The notes under the pieces are model-generated. The model was given only the letters and a program-made list of their open reading frames with translations. It was not told the origin of the DNA and searched no databases. A DNA stretch of 64,000 bases from Minisyncoccota bacterium. Its GTDB lineage: Bacteria > Patescibacteriota > Minisyncoccia > Phycocordibacterales > UBA918. Both the position numbers and the translations under genes were made by a program. The stretch is from contig CALJTT010000003.1 in assembly GCA_937975855.1 (NCBI GenBank), positions 26,901 through 90,900 on the forward strand. Reading direction: 5' to 3'. Shown in pieces: positions 49,915 to 59,982 of the stretch. Position 1 is the first letter of the stretch, and each line of letters opens with the position of its first letter.

Positions 49915-52428
49915 CTATCGTACTATTTCCCAGCCGTCACTAATCAAAGATTCAGCTTTTTTGTATTTCATCTCTCGCACTTCGCCATCCTTAGAAACAC
50001 GAACAATGTCATTACGTGAAAATTCAACGCTTTTTGTTGCTGGAGAACGTTTATTGTCAGACCTTTTATGGCCTGATCCAGCCATTTGCTGAGCTGTTTC
50101 TGATTCTGTTTTACGCTCCAGTTCTTCAGCGGCGACTTTGTTAGGCTGAAGCTGAGGAAGAACGCTTCCTAACCTTGAATAAAAAGCTTCCCACATTTGT
50201 TTAAACAGAATTACCCCCTCCTTACGATACTCGGTCAAAGGATCGCGTTGGCCATAGGCGCGCAAGTTCACACTTGATCTCGTGTACGACATAACCTCAA
50301 GATGCTCCACCCACAAAAGATCCATCATCTGCAGTGAAGCTCGACGAAACAAATCGTGAAATACCTCTTTACCGAGATCTTGTTGTTTATTAAGGATTAA
50401 ATCACGAGATTCTGGGATAAACTCTTCTAAATCTCGGATGAGATCTAGGGTGGTTTGGTCGTCAGACTGAAGTAGAGCCTGACGTTTTTGGTACAACTCC
50501 TGTCGCTGCTGATTCAAAATATCGTCATAGGCAAGAATCTGCTTTCTTGAGTCAAAGTGGAATCCTTCGATCTTGGTCTGAGCGCTTTCCAATGTTCGTG
50601 AGATCATTCCCATCTCGAGCGGCTGGTCTTCCGGGATTTTGAATGTGCCCATCAGGTTCTTTACTCGATCGCCACCAAAGACACGCATCAACGAATCATC
50701 CATGGAAACGTAAAACTGTGTCTCCCCTGGGTCACCCTGTCTACCAGAACGACCTCTCAGCTGGTTGTCGATCCGCCTAGCTTCATGCCGCTCTGTTCCG
50801 AGCACGAACAAACCGCCTAGGTTTTTGATTTCTTCTGCCTTGGCTTCGTCAGCATCAGGTCCACCGAGTTTGATATCAACACCACGACCTGCCATGTTTG
50901 TTGCCAATGTTACTGCTCCCGGCTTGCCAGCAGCTGCAATCACCTCACCTTCAGATTCGTGATTCTTTGCGTTCAACATCTGGTGTCCAACGTTGGCTTT
51001 GGTAAGAGCCTCAGACAACCGCTCGTTTGACTCAATCGAAGCTGTGCCGATGAGAATCGGCTGCCCCGTTGCGTTCACCTCTTTCACTTTACTTATGATG
51101 GCGGAGAATTTACCCGCCTCAGTCTGGTAAATCAGGTCGTTGCGGTCTAGTCGAACAACGGGCTTGTTTGTCGGCACAGGAATAACGTCTAGACCGTACA
51201 CTATAAAAAATTCTTCTTGTGAAGTCAGTCCTGTTCCTGTCATACCAGACAGCTTGTCGTACATCCGAAAGTAGTTTTGGTATGTAATTGAAGCAAAGGT
51301 CTTTGACTCACGCTGGATCGCTACGCCATGCTTGGCTTCGAGCGCTTGGTGCAGTCCGTCTGACCAACGGCGTCCTGGCTGCAGACGTCCTGTCGACTGG
51401 TCTACAATCACCACTTCCCCGTCACGAACAACGTAGTCGATGTCTGGAGTAAACACCGCCTTAGCCCTCACAGCCGTCTCAAGGTGATGGACGTGCTTAA
51501 TTCCCTTGTCAGTGTATATGTTATCGACACCGAGCATCTTCTCTGCTGCCTCGACACCTGCGTCTGTGAGTGACGCTGACTTAGACTTCTCATCGATTGT
51601 AAAGTGTTCTTCTTGCTTTAGGTTCTCTGCGATTTTGGCAAACGTAGTATAGAAGTCCCCCGCCTCTGGCGCGGGCGCTGAGATGATCAAAGGTGTCCTC
51701 GCCTCGTCGATTAAAATAGAGTCGATTTCATCAACTACCGCGTAGGCATGAGACTTTTGTCGAAGCTTGGCAGCATCGTATTCAATATTATCTCTGAGGT
51801 AGTCAAACCCGAATTCGCTGTTTGTACCATAGGTTATATCAGCTTGATACGCCTCCTGACGCGTACAAGGGCGCAAGAAGTCGTACACGATCTTGTAAGA
51901 CCCCTCAGCGTCGCGCTCAGCATCCTTTTCGGTGTGACCTGGGTCATACATGAACGACTGATCCTGGCTGTTGATAACCGCCAATGTGAATCCAAGCGCT
52001 GCGTATATCTGACCCATCCAGACCGCGTCTCGTCGGGCAAGATAGTCGTTCACTGTAACGATGTGCACCCCTTCCCCTGTAAGGGCGTTAAGAGATGCTG
52101 GTAAAGTTGCAACGAGCGTCTTTCCTTCTCCAGTTCTCATCTCAGTGATCTTGCCTCGGTGCAAAATCATTCCTCCAATCAGCTGCACGTCGTAGTGTCG
52201 CATTCCCATCGTGCGCTTGGCCGCCTCTCGTACCAAGGCAAAGGCTTCCGGCAACACATCGTCTACACTCGTACCATCTTTCACACGCTGTTTAAGAGAG
52301 GAAATTTCAGACACGAGATCAACCTCAAGAAGACTTTCTTCACGATCGTTAATAGCACTAACAAGAGGCTTAAGCTGCTTCAGCTCTTTTTCATAAGTTG
52401 GTCCAAAAAAACGATCTAGAAATGACAT
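49915..52428 (-). CDS. secA: Preprotein translocase ATPase SecA
   Basis: MRHYDVQLIGGMILHRGKITEMRTGEGKTLVATLP, DEIDSILIDEARTPLIIS, TNMAGRGVDIKLG, RIDNQLRGRSGRQGDPG. TATACT lies 7 nt upstream of the ATG. Confidence 0.95.
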   Translation of the reverse strand: MSFLDRFFGPTYEKELKQLKPLVSAINDREESLLEVDLVSEISSLKQRVKDGTSVDDVLPEAFALVREAAKRTMGMRHYDVQLIGGMILHRGKITEMRTGEGKTLVATLPASLNALTGEGVHIVTVNDYLARRDAVWMGQIYAALGFTLAVINSQDQSFMYDPGHTEKDAERDAEGSYKIVYDFLRPCTRQEAYQADITYGTNSEFGFDYLRDNIEYDAAKLRQKSHAYAVVDEIDSILIDEARTPLIISAPAPEAGDFYTTFAKIAENLKQEEHFTIDEKSKSASLTDAGVEAAEKMLGVDNIYTDKGIKHVHHLETAVRAKAVFTPDIDYVVRDGEVVIVDQSTGRLQPGRRWSDGLHQALEAKHGVAIQRESKTFASITYQNYFRMYDKLSGMTGTGLTSQEEFFIVYGLDVIPVPTNKPVVRLDRNDLIYQTEAGKFSAIISKVKEVNATGQPILIGTASIESNERLSEALTKANVGHQMLNAKNHESEGEVIAAAGKPGAVTLATNMAGRGVDIKLGGPDADEAKAEEIKNLGGLFVLGTERHEARRIDNQLRGRSGRQGDPGETQFYVSMDDSLMRVFGGDRVKNLMGTFKIPEDQPLEMGMISRTLESAQTKIEGFHFDSRKQILAYDDILNQQRQELYQKRQALLQSDDQTTLDLIRDLEEFIPESRDLILNKQQDLGKEVFHDLFRRASLQMMDLLWVEHLEVMSYTRSSVNLRAYGQRDPLTEYRKEGVILFKQMWEAFYSRLGSVLPQLQPNKVAAEELERKTESETAQQMAGSGHKRSDNKRSPATKSVEFSRNDIVRVSKDGEVREMKYKKAESLISDGWEIVR

Positions 52429-52464
52429 GTTCGTTAGTATATCGTCAAGTTTCGTCTAGACAAG

Positions 52465-53475
52465 CTAGACAGTGCGTACTTCTTGCTCGATGGTGAGACC
52501 TGTTTTTTCTTTTACTTCGTCTGTAACAAATTTAACAAGAGCTTCGATCTCAGCCGACTTACTACTTGTGCTCACCAGAACGAGTGCCTGGTTCTCAAAC
52601 AGACCCACCTCGCCCGTTTTATAACCCTTGAGGTCACAAATTTTATCGAGGATATAACCTAGGGATAATTTTGTTTCCATTGGAGATACTGGGTATGTTG
52701 GCAGTTCAGGGTAACGAGCCAATAGCGCATCTGCTATGTCTGTAGCAACGATCGGATTCTTAAAAAATGAGCCAGCGGTCCCAACAACATTCCAGTCAGG
52801 AAATTTTTGACTGCGAACCTCTATGACCTTTGCTCTTATATCAGACTGCGATACTGCCCCACTTTCAGAAAGTGCGGCCAAGTCTTTGTAAGCCAGAGAC
52901 GGCTTTTCTAGTGTACTGAGCTCAAGTGTCACGACTGTGATCACCCACTGGCGACCCTCTGGCGACTTGAAGAAAGATTCACGGTAAGCAAACTGGCATT
53001 CCTCCCGCGAGAAAACTTTCTCTTCGCCGGTTTCTATATTGAAAGCCGACACGCTTTTGAGCAAGTCTGAGATTTCTACTCCGTAGGCTCCGACGTTTTG
53101 CACCGGAGTGGCGCCGATTGTGCCAGGAATGTGGCTAAGGTTTTCAAGTCCCCAATAACCAAAATCGACTGTCTGTGCGACAACCTCGTCAAGAATTTCT
53201 CCAGAACCAAGTTCCGAGATAACCTTATTTTCATTGCCAATTTTATAATCTCGGCCAAAGAATTCGACTTTCACAACCAGCCCTAGGAACCCAGCGTCCC
53301 TAACAAGAATGTTAGACCCAGACCCCAGCACCAAAATCGGCACGTCCTTTTGCAAAGCGAATTGACGCGCTGATTCTAAATCAGCTATTGAACTTACGAC
53401 TGTAAAATAACGAGCTGGCCCACCGACTTTTAAAGTCGTATGCTCGGCTAAAGATACGTTTTCTTGAATATCCAT
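52465..53475 (-). CDS. murB: UDP-N-acetylenolpyruvoylglucosamine reductase
   Basis: HTTLKVGGPARYF, LGSGSNILV, GAYGVE. Start at ATG 53475. Confidence 0.9.
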   Translation of the reverse strand: MDIQENVSLAEHTTLKVGGPARYFTVVSSIADLESARQFALQKDVPILVLGSGSNILVRDAGFLGLVVKVEFFGRDYKIGNENKVISELGSGEILDEVVAQTVDFGYWGLENLSHIPGTIGATPVQNVGAYGVEISDLLKSVSAFNIETGEEKVFSREECQFAYRESFFKSPEGRQWVITVVTLELSTLEKPSLAYKDLAALSESGAVSQSDIRAKVIEVRSQKFPDWNVVGTAGSFFKNPIVATDIADALLARYPELPTYPVSPMETKLSLGYILDKICDLKGYKTGEVGLFENQALVLVSTSSKSAEIEALVKFVTDEVKEKTGLTIEQEVRTV

Positions 53476-53477
53476 GA

Positions 53478-55736
53478 CTAGCAACCTGTTTGTGGTTCAG
53501 ACGATCCAGTAACAATGTTTTGTGCGATACAAGACGCCGTGCTGGCAAAGCCAGGATTAACTCTTCCTCCTTCCTCGAGCGTAGCGATCGCTTGTTCGTT
53601 GTCTCCTTGTTCAAAATACAAGAAAGCAAGTGAGGCCCAATTTTGTGCGGTGTTTGGATCATGCTTGACACGTTCTTTGTGCAGCTCTAGCAAGAACACA
53701 GACGCTCCTGCTGTCCGCGCAGCTCCAAGAACAAAATCACTGCCGGCAAATCTTTTCTTTGTGTCTTCTGAATCCATCAGAGCAACGGCAGTTGTAGCAT
53801 TCCCAGCGTACAGCAATGCAGCCGCGTAATATTCTCGTGCCTCAATATTCTCTTCTTCTAGTTCAAAAGATTCCTGGAAAAAGTCCCTAGCTGCAATATT
53901 CTGATTTCGTGAAAGCTCGATGAAACCTTGCTGATTGATAATGGTTTGTTTGTTCGGTGAAAGCTCTCGTGCTTTTGCCATTTCAGCTGCTGCTTTTTCG
54001 ATTTGACCAACAGCTCGGTAATAGCTGGCAATGAAAACGTGGATACGTGCGTCTCCTGGCTTCTCTGCCGCCAACTTAGTTAGCTGCTCTTCCGACGTAG
54101 ACGCGAACGCTGCCCTTAACTCTGGTGTGGCCTGAGGTTGCCTGGCGATTCCCATTGTCTGCTGGGCGATTTGTTCTGTGATTTCTTGGTGTCCAAACGA
54201 TTCTCGATCGAGGGCCGTTTTGAAGTTTTCGAGCATGACCTCTGGACCTTCTGGCGGCTGCTGAACTCCCTGGACTACACTAGGCTGAACAGAACGAAAC
54301 GCGTTGATAATGTCTCCGGCTGCCGACATTGCGGGCGCGTGAACAAACACCATCACAGCGATGAACGCAGCAGCTCCAATTGGCAATACAGCCTGTGTAA
54401 TAAGGGGTTCTTCAACTTTCTTTTCTGCAATAACCTTGATCGGTGTCGATACACGAGAGTGAATTAGACCGAGAATGATGGCAAAGAAAATGTAACTGAC
54501 GATGTTATCAAACACCACCAAGTTGTGTACAAAGTACCCAGCGAGTAGACCGAGTAATATTCCCCGTTCAACCAGTGTGAACGACTCATCCTTGCGATCG
54601 CGTAGCGGTCGTACAACAAGGTAATAAGCACATGCAAAAAAGATACTGAGGTACGCTGCCAGACCTAGGAATCCACCTGCTATCAACCAGTCGATAAAGA
54701 TATTGTGGGCTCGGTCGAACCAGTGCTCTTGTGCATGAAGGCGTGGGTCATATTTTTCGTTAAATACGTAATTGAAGTTACTTTGCCCCCAGCCAAGTAG
54801 CGGACGTTCCTGAATACCCTCCCAGGCCATACCCCAGATGATGCCACGAATACGAAGGTCTTCTCCTAGGTCAATATTTGCAACACGAGCCAAGCTTGGC
54901 TGAGATTGCATTAACTCAGTATCTTTAAAAGTTACGAAACCTGCAATTAAAATCAGAATTCCGACCAAGGATCCGACGGCGTAGCGTCGGTAATCTTGAG
55001 CCTTCTCTCCCCGACCGAAGAAAAGAATATAAAGTACGGTCACTAGCGCTCCACCGACCAGAGCCAGGAACGTACCACGAGTACCCGTGGCTGTCAGAAC
55101 AAATACAAAGAACGGGATGAGAGAAGCGTAGACGATTTTTGTTTCCATGACTTTACTCTTGGCCAGCAGCCACAAAGCGATGAAGATATGGAAGAGCATG
55201 TAGACGGCCATGTATGCCGAGTTACCCAATGTACTATCGACACGAGCAGATCCCGAGCCGATATTGTAAATCTCGATGATAGAGGTGACGCTGAAATACT
55301 GCGCCAAACCACCTATCGCCACCAGCGTTGCTGCCACGAGCGAAGTATTAAGCAACCAGCTCCACTCCCTGGAAGTCTTGAGTACGGAGCCCAGAATAAT
55401 CATATATAGATACGTATGTACGAGTGACACATAGCCGTCCATACGTTCAAAGTTGCTCCAGAAACTAGACCGTGGATGCTCGCCAAAGAGGTTCGCGAAG
55501 AACATTATGACCAGTAAAGTCCCTGCCCCACCAACAATCCACGACCACTGCGGACGATATCTCGGCTCGTACATCGCCAATGCGATCCAGGCGACCAACG
55601 TAAAGTCAACTATGATTCTGAACCAAAAGTTCTTGCCAGTAATGAACGGGAAAAAATAATCATTTTCAACGTAGAGGGTCAAAAAAGGAATGGCAAACAA
55701 ACCTCCGAAGACCACCCATTTCAAGATGTCTTTCAT
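53478..55736 (-). CDS. O-antigen-ligase/polymerase-like (Wzy_C-type) polytopic membrane protein fused to C-terminal TPR repeats
   Basis: About 12 TM helices, with LTATGTRGTFLALVGG in the central loop region. The C-terminal third has TPR-like repeats (ASYYRAVGQIEKAAAEMAKARELSPN...). Start at ATG 55736. Confidence 0.75.
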   Translation of the reverse strand: MKDILKWVVFGGLFAIPFLTLYVENDYFFPFITGKNFWFRIIVDFTLVAWIALAMYEPRYRPQWSWIVGGAGTLLVIMFFANLFGEHPRSSFWSNFERMDGYVSLVHTYLYMIILGSVLKTSREWSWLLNTSLVAATLVAIGGLAQYFSVTSIIEIYNIGSGSARVDSTLGNSAYMAVYMLFHIFIALWLLAKSKVMETKIVYASLIPFFVFVLTATGTRGTFLALVGGALVTVLYILFFGRGEKAQDYRRYAVGSLVGILILIAGFVTFKDTELMQSQPSLARVANIDLGEDLRIRGIIWGMAWEGIQERPLLGWGQSNFNYVFNEKYDPRLHAQEHWFDRAHNIFIDWLIAGGFLGLAAYLSIFFACAYYLVVRPLRDRKDESFTLVERGILLGLLAGYFVHNLVVFDNIVSYIFFAIILGLIHSRVSTPIKVIAEKKVEEPLITQAVLPIGAAAFIAVMVFVHAPAMSAAGDIINAFRSVQPSVVQGVQQPPEGPEVMLENFKTALDRESFGHQEITEQIAQQTMGIARQPQATPELRAAFASTSEEQLTKLAAEKPGDARIHVFIASYYRAVGQIEKAAAEMAKARELSPNKQTIINQQGFIELSRNQNIAARDFFQESFELEEENIEAREYYAAALLYAGNATTAVALMDSEDTKKRFAGSDFVLGAARTAGASVFLLELHKERVKHDPNTAQNWASLAFLYFEQGDNEQAIATLEEGGRVNPGFASTASCIAQNIVTGSSEPQTGC

Positions 55737-55745
55737 ATGGCAGAA

Positions 55746-55754
55746 ACTATAGCA
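55746..55754 (-). promoter_or_regulatory. Extended -10 TGCTATAGT, 9 nt upstream of ATG 55736 (leaderless candidate)
   Basis: Minus-strand TGCTATAGT-ttctgccat-ATG. Confidence 0.45.
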
Positions 55755-55802
55755 CGCAGCCTTACTAGTCGGCAGTCTAGACGAACGCGCGAACAGTTGG
55801 TG

Positions 55803-55840
55803 CAAAAGGGTGGCGGGGCTTTTGCCCCGCCACCCTTTTG
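55803..55840. terminator. Terminator after the 55859-56587 methyltransferase gene
   Basis: 17-bp perfect stem CAAAAGGGTGGCGGGGC / GCCCCGCCACCCTTTTG with loop TTTT. Confidence 0.8.
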
Positions 55841-55858
55841 CTTCTTTCAGACCTAAAA

Positions 55859-56587
55859 TTATTTTTCTCCCCAAACAGCAATCGACGGGAAAAGCTTCTC
55901 CCTCACTTCGATTGGAATTGCAACAAACTCTTCTTGGTGCGCCAACTCCCAGGCAAACAATTCCTCTATCGCTGTTGAGTCAACATTGGTTAGATGTTTT
56001 TCTAAAGCTTTAGCGTTCGGCATTTGATGATAAGTGGTTTTGGTTGGAGTTATGTTGAACGCTTCGTAGTTATCACGGACTTCCGGCTCGGGCACATATC
56101 GCACAAACTGTGTCTCAGGCAAAATGCTCGGCACGTTATTACCCAAGCGCACGTGCACCCACTCTTTCCATGAATGTGAATACAGGGCGTGCCCCAGATC
56201 ATAGCGATGGACCATCAAGCCGCCCGACGCCAAGTAACGATCACAGAACTGTACAAACCCCTTTAGATTTTTGACATGCTCAAGAACGCTAAGCGATATG
56301 ATTAAATCAAACGACTCGTCCTCGCAGCCCTCAAGCGCGTCGTACGCCAAACCAAAGTGCACAGTTGCCTTCTCTATACCATCAGTGTAATTTTGTGCTT
56401 TCTCAAACGAGGCTGGGATTGGTTCAATTCCAACGTACGTGATGTCAGGATACTGCTCAAACAGGCCTGGCACGTAGTTTGCTGTGCCGCAACCGACATC
56501 TAACACACGAAGCGCACGACCACTGGTCGTGCGCTTCTGCACTTCTCCTACTACATACGCAACAAAAAGCTGTTTCAACGATTTCAT
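55859..56587 (-). CDS. Class I SAM-dependent methyltransferase
   Basis: VLDVGCGTANYV (motif I), DLIISLSVLEHV. TGATATACT lies 7 nt upstream of the ATG (56595-56603). Confidence 0.8.
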   Translation of the reverse strand: MKSLKQLFVAYVVGEVQKRTTSGRALRVLDVGCGTANYVPGLFEQYPDITYVGIEPIPASFEKAQNYTDGIEKATVHFGLAYDALEGCEDESFDLIISLSVLEHVKNLKGFVQFCDRYLASGGLMVHRYDLGHALYSHSWKEWVHVRLGNNVPSILPETQFVRYVPEPEVRDNYEAFNITPTKTTYHQMPNAKALEKHLTNVDSTAIEELFAWELAHQEEFVAIPIEVREKLFPSIAVWGEK

Positions 56588-56605
56588 TGCGAGTAGTATA
56601 TCAAA

Positions 56606-58540
56606 CTACTCCGTCACCTGAGACTCAAGCAGATCGATCACCGAAACAGCTAGCGGATGTTTGACCTTCTTAGCTTTAAACAGTTTATTCAGAACATCTA
56701 TTTGCTGCAGGCTTTGTGAGACTGTTCGTTTTTCAGATTTCTCGAAGTACTTCTCAATCCAACGAGTGAAAAACTTACGCTGTTGCGTCGTTGCATCTGC
56801 CAGCACAATGTTCAACAGCTCCGCTAATTCAATTTCTGAAATTGGCCCTTCCGTGATTTCTCCAGTCTCAAGATCGAAGGTGAAAGTGGTCGTCACACCC
56901 GGAAGAGTTTCTCCAGAAGCGGTGAAAGTTGTAGTCTCTCCAAACTCGTCGACGGTGAAGAATTCAAATGTAAACTCACCGACACCTGTGCCGACAACCT
57001 CTATAGTAAACTGCTCGCCAGCTTCGTACACCAGCAAGTGCTTGCCTTCATCAGCGCCAGCCAGAGCTCCGTCAAGGGCAATAATTTCGATATCACCGTA
57101 ACTAGCTTGCTCGAGGTCCACAACTACTTGCCCAGCGTCGTAACCAACCTGATCACCAGCAATGTTTTCAAACAACAGTTCGGCTGTCGCACTAGTTAAG
57201 TGAGCTTCAATACTTGTGCCACTTAGGCTTTCTGCACTTTCGCTAATGTTCAACACACGTGCGTCTGTAAAAGCATTGTTGTAGTCACGCACATAAGTAG
57301 AAGTGGCTGTTTTAACATCGTCAGCCGTCAGAGTGTTGTACCACCACGGGTCCAGCACAGTGTATTTGCTATCTGTTTTGTCAGCGAGCCACACATAATG
57401 TCCATCCTGGTAAGCTAGCACGACACTTCCCTCCTCACTCAACGAGTCGTCAATAAACGACATCGCAGGCTGGCTACCTGGCCGCACCGGCACTGCATTC
57501 AAACGCGACGCTAGTGTGCCGTCACTTTGGAATTCGCTAAAGTACGCTCCCGCTGCCAACCAACGCAATGCCCCATTACTAGTGTAGCCATCGACAGATT
57601 GTAGGTATTCATTAAAGTTTCCTGGATTTACATCAGCGCCCAGCACGTCTGTTGTAATATCCGCATCGCGTCCAGCCATCACCAATGAAGTCAGCACACA
57701 ACCGCACTCTCCGACAGTACTGCCACACCATCCACCATTTCCACCGTTATACAAATCACTCGCCCAAGATGCAGTTTCAGATTCAGACGGATAAGGAGAT
57801 TCGATTTGAGTGTACAGTCCTGGCCGGTCAGAAGGATCATCGTCACCAATAGTGTAGGTGATTTCGAGATAAGGGTCAGTGGAGGTCCCGAGGGCTTCGG
57901 AGGAAGCAATCGTAGCAGATCGGCGCTGTCTTCCTGGATCAATGTTGTCAAAATCGTATTCTGTTAACAAACCCACAACCGTGTAGCCATCTTTGTTAAG
58001 ATGTTTTTTTCCACCCTCTGAAAAAATAAATTCCGTTTTTAAGCCACCAGTGTTAACGACTCCGCGACTGAATGGATCCGTCCCAAAATTATCTATACGC
58101 CAATCTTGCTTATTGTAAACAGTATCAATTTGTCTTGAGTGAGATGTGATCACTATCTCTATTCCGTCATTTGCACTGTACCCTTGGCTCGCAACAAGTC
58201 GAACCTCATTCAGAGTAGCGTCCGTCGGAACTACGCTTGTGTCAAAAGGAATAGACCCTCTATAAATTCTATAATTCCCTACTCCTCGGTCTGAACGCAT
58301 GGGAATCTCTTCAAGCAGCACAGCTGGACTTAGACTAATCTCCCCAGAAAAAGCACGAGCTTGCTCCCAGTCATAAACTGCGTCAAGATCGCCTAAAGAT
58401 GCGACTCCGTCACTATGATGTGAGTAAATTTTAATTGTCTCAGTTTCCTTTGCGTACAAAGGACCAGAAAATAACAAACCTAGAATTAAGGTAAAAATTA
58501 GTCCTAAATGTTTGCAAGATATACAATTGTGAACGAACAT
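56606..58540 (-). CDS. Secreted multidomain protein with a central papain-like (Peptidase_C39-like) domain
   Basis: Signal peptide ...LLFSGPLYA. WCGSTVGECGCVLTSLVMAG (candidate Cys), VVLAYQDGHYVWLADK...VLDPWW (candidate His). Flanking beta-rich domains and a helical C-terminus. Confidence 0.5.
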   Translation of the reverse strand: MFVHNCISCKHLGLIFTLILGLLFSGPLYAKETETIKIYSHHSDGVASLGDLDAVYDWEQARAFSGEISLSPAVLLEEIPMRSDRGVGNYRIYRGSIPFDTSVVPTDATLNEVRLVASQGYSANDGIEIVITSHSRQIDTVYNKQDWRIDNFGTDPFSRGVVNTGGLKTEFIFSEGGKKHLNKDGYTVVGLLTEYDFDNIDPGRQRRSATIASSEALGTSTDPYLEITYTIGDDDPSDRPGLYTQIESPYPSESETASWASDLYNGGNGGWCGSTVGECGCVLTSLVMAGRDADITTDVLGADVNPGNFNEYLQSVDGYTSNGALRWLAAGAYFSEFQSDGTLASRLNAVPVRPGSQPAMSFIDDSLSEEGSVVLAYQDGHYVWLADKTDSKYTVLDPWWYNTLTADDVKTATSTYVRDYNNAFTDARVLNISESAESLSGTSIEAHLTSATAELLFENIAGDQVGYDAGQVVVDLEQASYGDIEIIALDGALAGADEGKHLLVYEAGEQFTIEVVGTGVGEFTFEFFTVDEFGETTTFTASGETLPGVTTTFTFDLETGEITEGPISEIELAELLNIVLADATTQQRKFFTRWIEKYFEKSEKRTVSQSLQQIDVLNKLFKAKKVKHPLAVSVIDLLESQVTE

Positions 58541-58561
58541 AAAAAATAAAATAACTTATAC

Positions 58562-58580
58562 GAATGTTATTATAACATTC
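58562..58580. promoter_or_regulatory. 19-nt palindrome holding two overlapping face-to-face extended -10 boxes
   Basis: GAATGTTAT-T-ATAACATTC. Plus-strand TGTTATTAT (58565-58573) and minus-strand TGTTATAAT (58577-58569). Each is exactly 28 nt from its ATG (58602 and 58540). Confidence 0.45.
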
Positions 58581-58601
58581 AGTAATTCACACTCACAAAT
58601 C

Positions 58602-59351
58602 ATGCAAACAAAAGAAGAGCGGCAGGAAATCCAGTACACATTTCCCTACCACCATTTAGCTTACAAGAAACATGGCGGTGTATTTATTTTTAAACATCTT
58701 TTCTGGGGAATTGAACACCTGTCGTACATAGATGTCGTTATAGATAAAGTTAAAAATCTTAACCCAGAAACATTAACCGACGTTGGTTGTGGTGAAGGTA
58801 GAATAATTTCTGATTTAGGACAAGCTGACTTAAAAACCTCATTTACTGGTGTCGATATTTCAAAACGTGCAATTCAGTTCGCTGAAGCCTTCTGCAACAA
58901 AGGCACGTTCTTCGTGCACGACATTATAGAAAAACCCCTTCCAGAAAAGGCCGACGTGATTATATCTTGCGAGGTAATCGAACACATAAAACCCGATCAG
59001 GTCCAAAAATACATTGACAATATTTATTCCAGCATGAATCCTGGCGGCAGAATTATAATCACCACCCCTACCACAAACGTGCCGACTATTCCTAAGCACT
59101 ACCAACATTTCGACGCTAAAAAATTTGACGCTTTATTGGGTGGAAAATTTGAATCTGTTGAATATACATACCTAAACGTTGTTAATCGTCTAACTTGGGT
59201 ACTAAATCGTCTAGTAGCGAACCGGCTATTCTTTTCTAACTCCGTGGTTTTGAATCGTTTCGTATACCAAACATATAAAAAACACCTTTTATTTGGAACT
59301 GCAAAAACCGGAAGTCGGATTTTGGTTACAGCGACTAAGAAGGCTTCGTAG
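58602..59351 (+). CDS. Class I SAM-dependent methyltransferase
   Basis: LTDVGCGEGRI (motif I), DVIISCEVIEHI, NPGGRIIITTP. Confidence 0.8.
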   Translation: MQTKEERQEIQYTFPYHHLAYKKHGGVFIFKHLFWGIEHLSYIDVVIDKVKNLNPETLTDVGCGEGRIISDLGQADLKTSFTGVDISKRAIQFAEAFCNKGTFFVHDIIEKPLPEKADVIISCEVIEHIKPDQVQKYIDNIYSSMNPGGRIIITTPTTNVPTIPKHYQHFDAKKFDALLGGKFESVEYTYLNVVNRLTWVLNRLVANRLFFSNSVVLNRFVYQTYKKHLLFGTAKTGSRILVTATKKAS

Positions 59352-59982
59352 CAACTAGATAGTATCCTGTTGTAATGAAGGGCGAGACATCCGTCTCTTT
59401 CCCTATGTCTCCATATTCATTTTTAATTAGCCACCCACTCTTTTGCAAAATCAAAACAAACAAATAAATGAGCGCTTTTGTTATTTTTCCTCCTCGTAGA
59501 TCAGTCTGAAAAATAACTCTCTGTAAGATAGCTGCCAAGGCTTCAAAAGACTGTGTCTCTGGCGTTATTTCTAATCGCTCCCAGTTTCGGAACAAATGCT
59601 CAAGGCCATATTTTGTGTACCGATAATAGTCATGGGGGATATCATGCAATGGATACATAAATCTTGTCGTCAATATCAACTTTCCTCCTGGACGCAGAAC
59701 TCGGTACATCTCTGACACCGCTTGCTCCGGAGTATGTAAATGCTCCAAAACCTCAGTACATAAAATCGTACCAAAAGCCTCACTTTCAATCGGCAAATGA
59801 TGAGCATCCCCAACAATATCTGGTTCCCTAGTTGGATCAACATCAACAATGTACCTATCAGGAAACAGAGACTCATATGAGTGATTGGTGTTCACGCGCC
59901 CACCGCCAATATCTAGCACTCGCTCTTGAGTCAAGTGGGTTTCGAGAAAATTTCTTAAATGGGGCCTAGTAATCTTTTTCAT
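59335..59982 (-). CDS. Class I SAM-dependent methyltransferase
   Basis: VLDIGGGRV, GTILCTEVLEHL, LRPGGKLILTT. Converges on the previous gene with a 17-nt overlap. 4-nt overlap with the GT4 gene. Confidence 0.8.
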   Translation of the reverse strand: MKKITRPHLRNFLETHLTQERVLDIGGGRVNTNHSYESLFPDRYIVDVDPTREPDIVGDAHHLPIESEAFGTILCTEVLEHLHTPEQAVSEMYRVLRPGGKLILTTRFMYPLHDIPHDYYRYTKYGLEHLFRNWERLEITPETQSFEALAAILQRVIFQTDLRGGKITKALIYLFVLILQKSGWLIKNEYGDIGKETDVSPFITTGYYLVATKPS

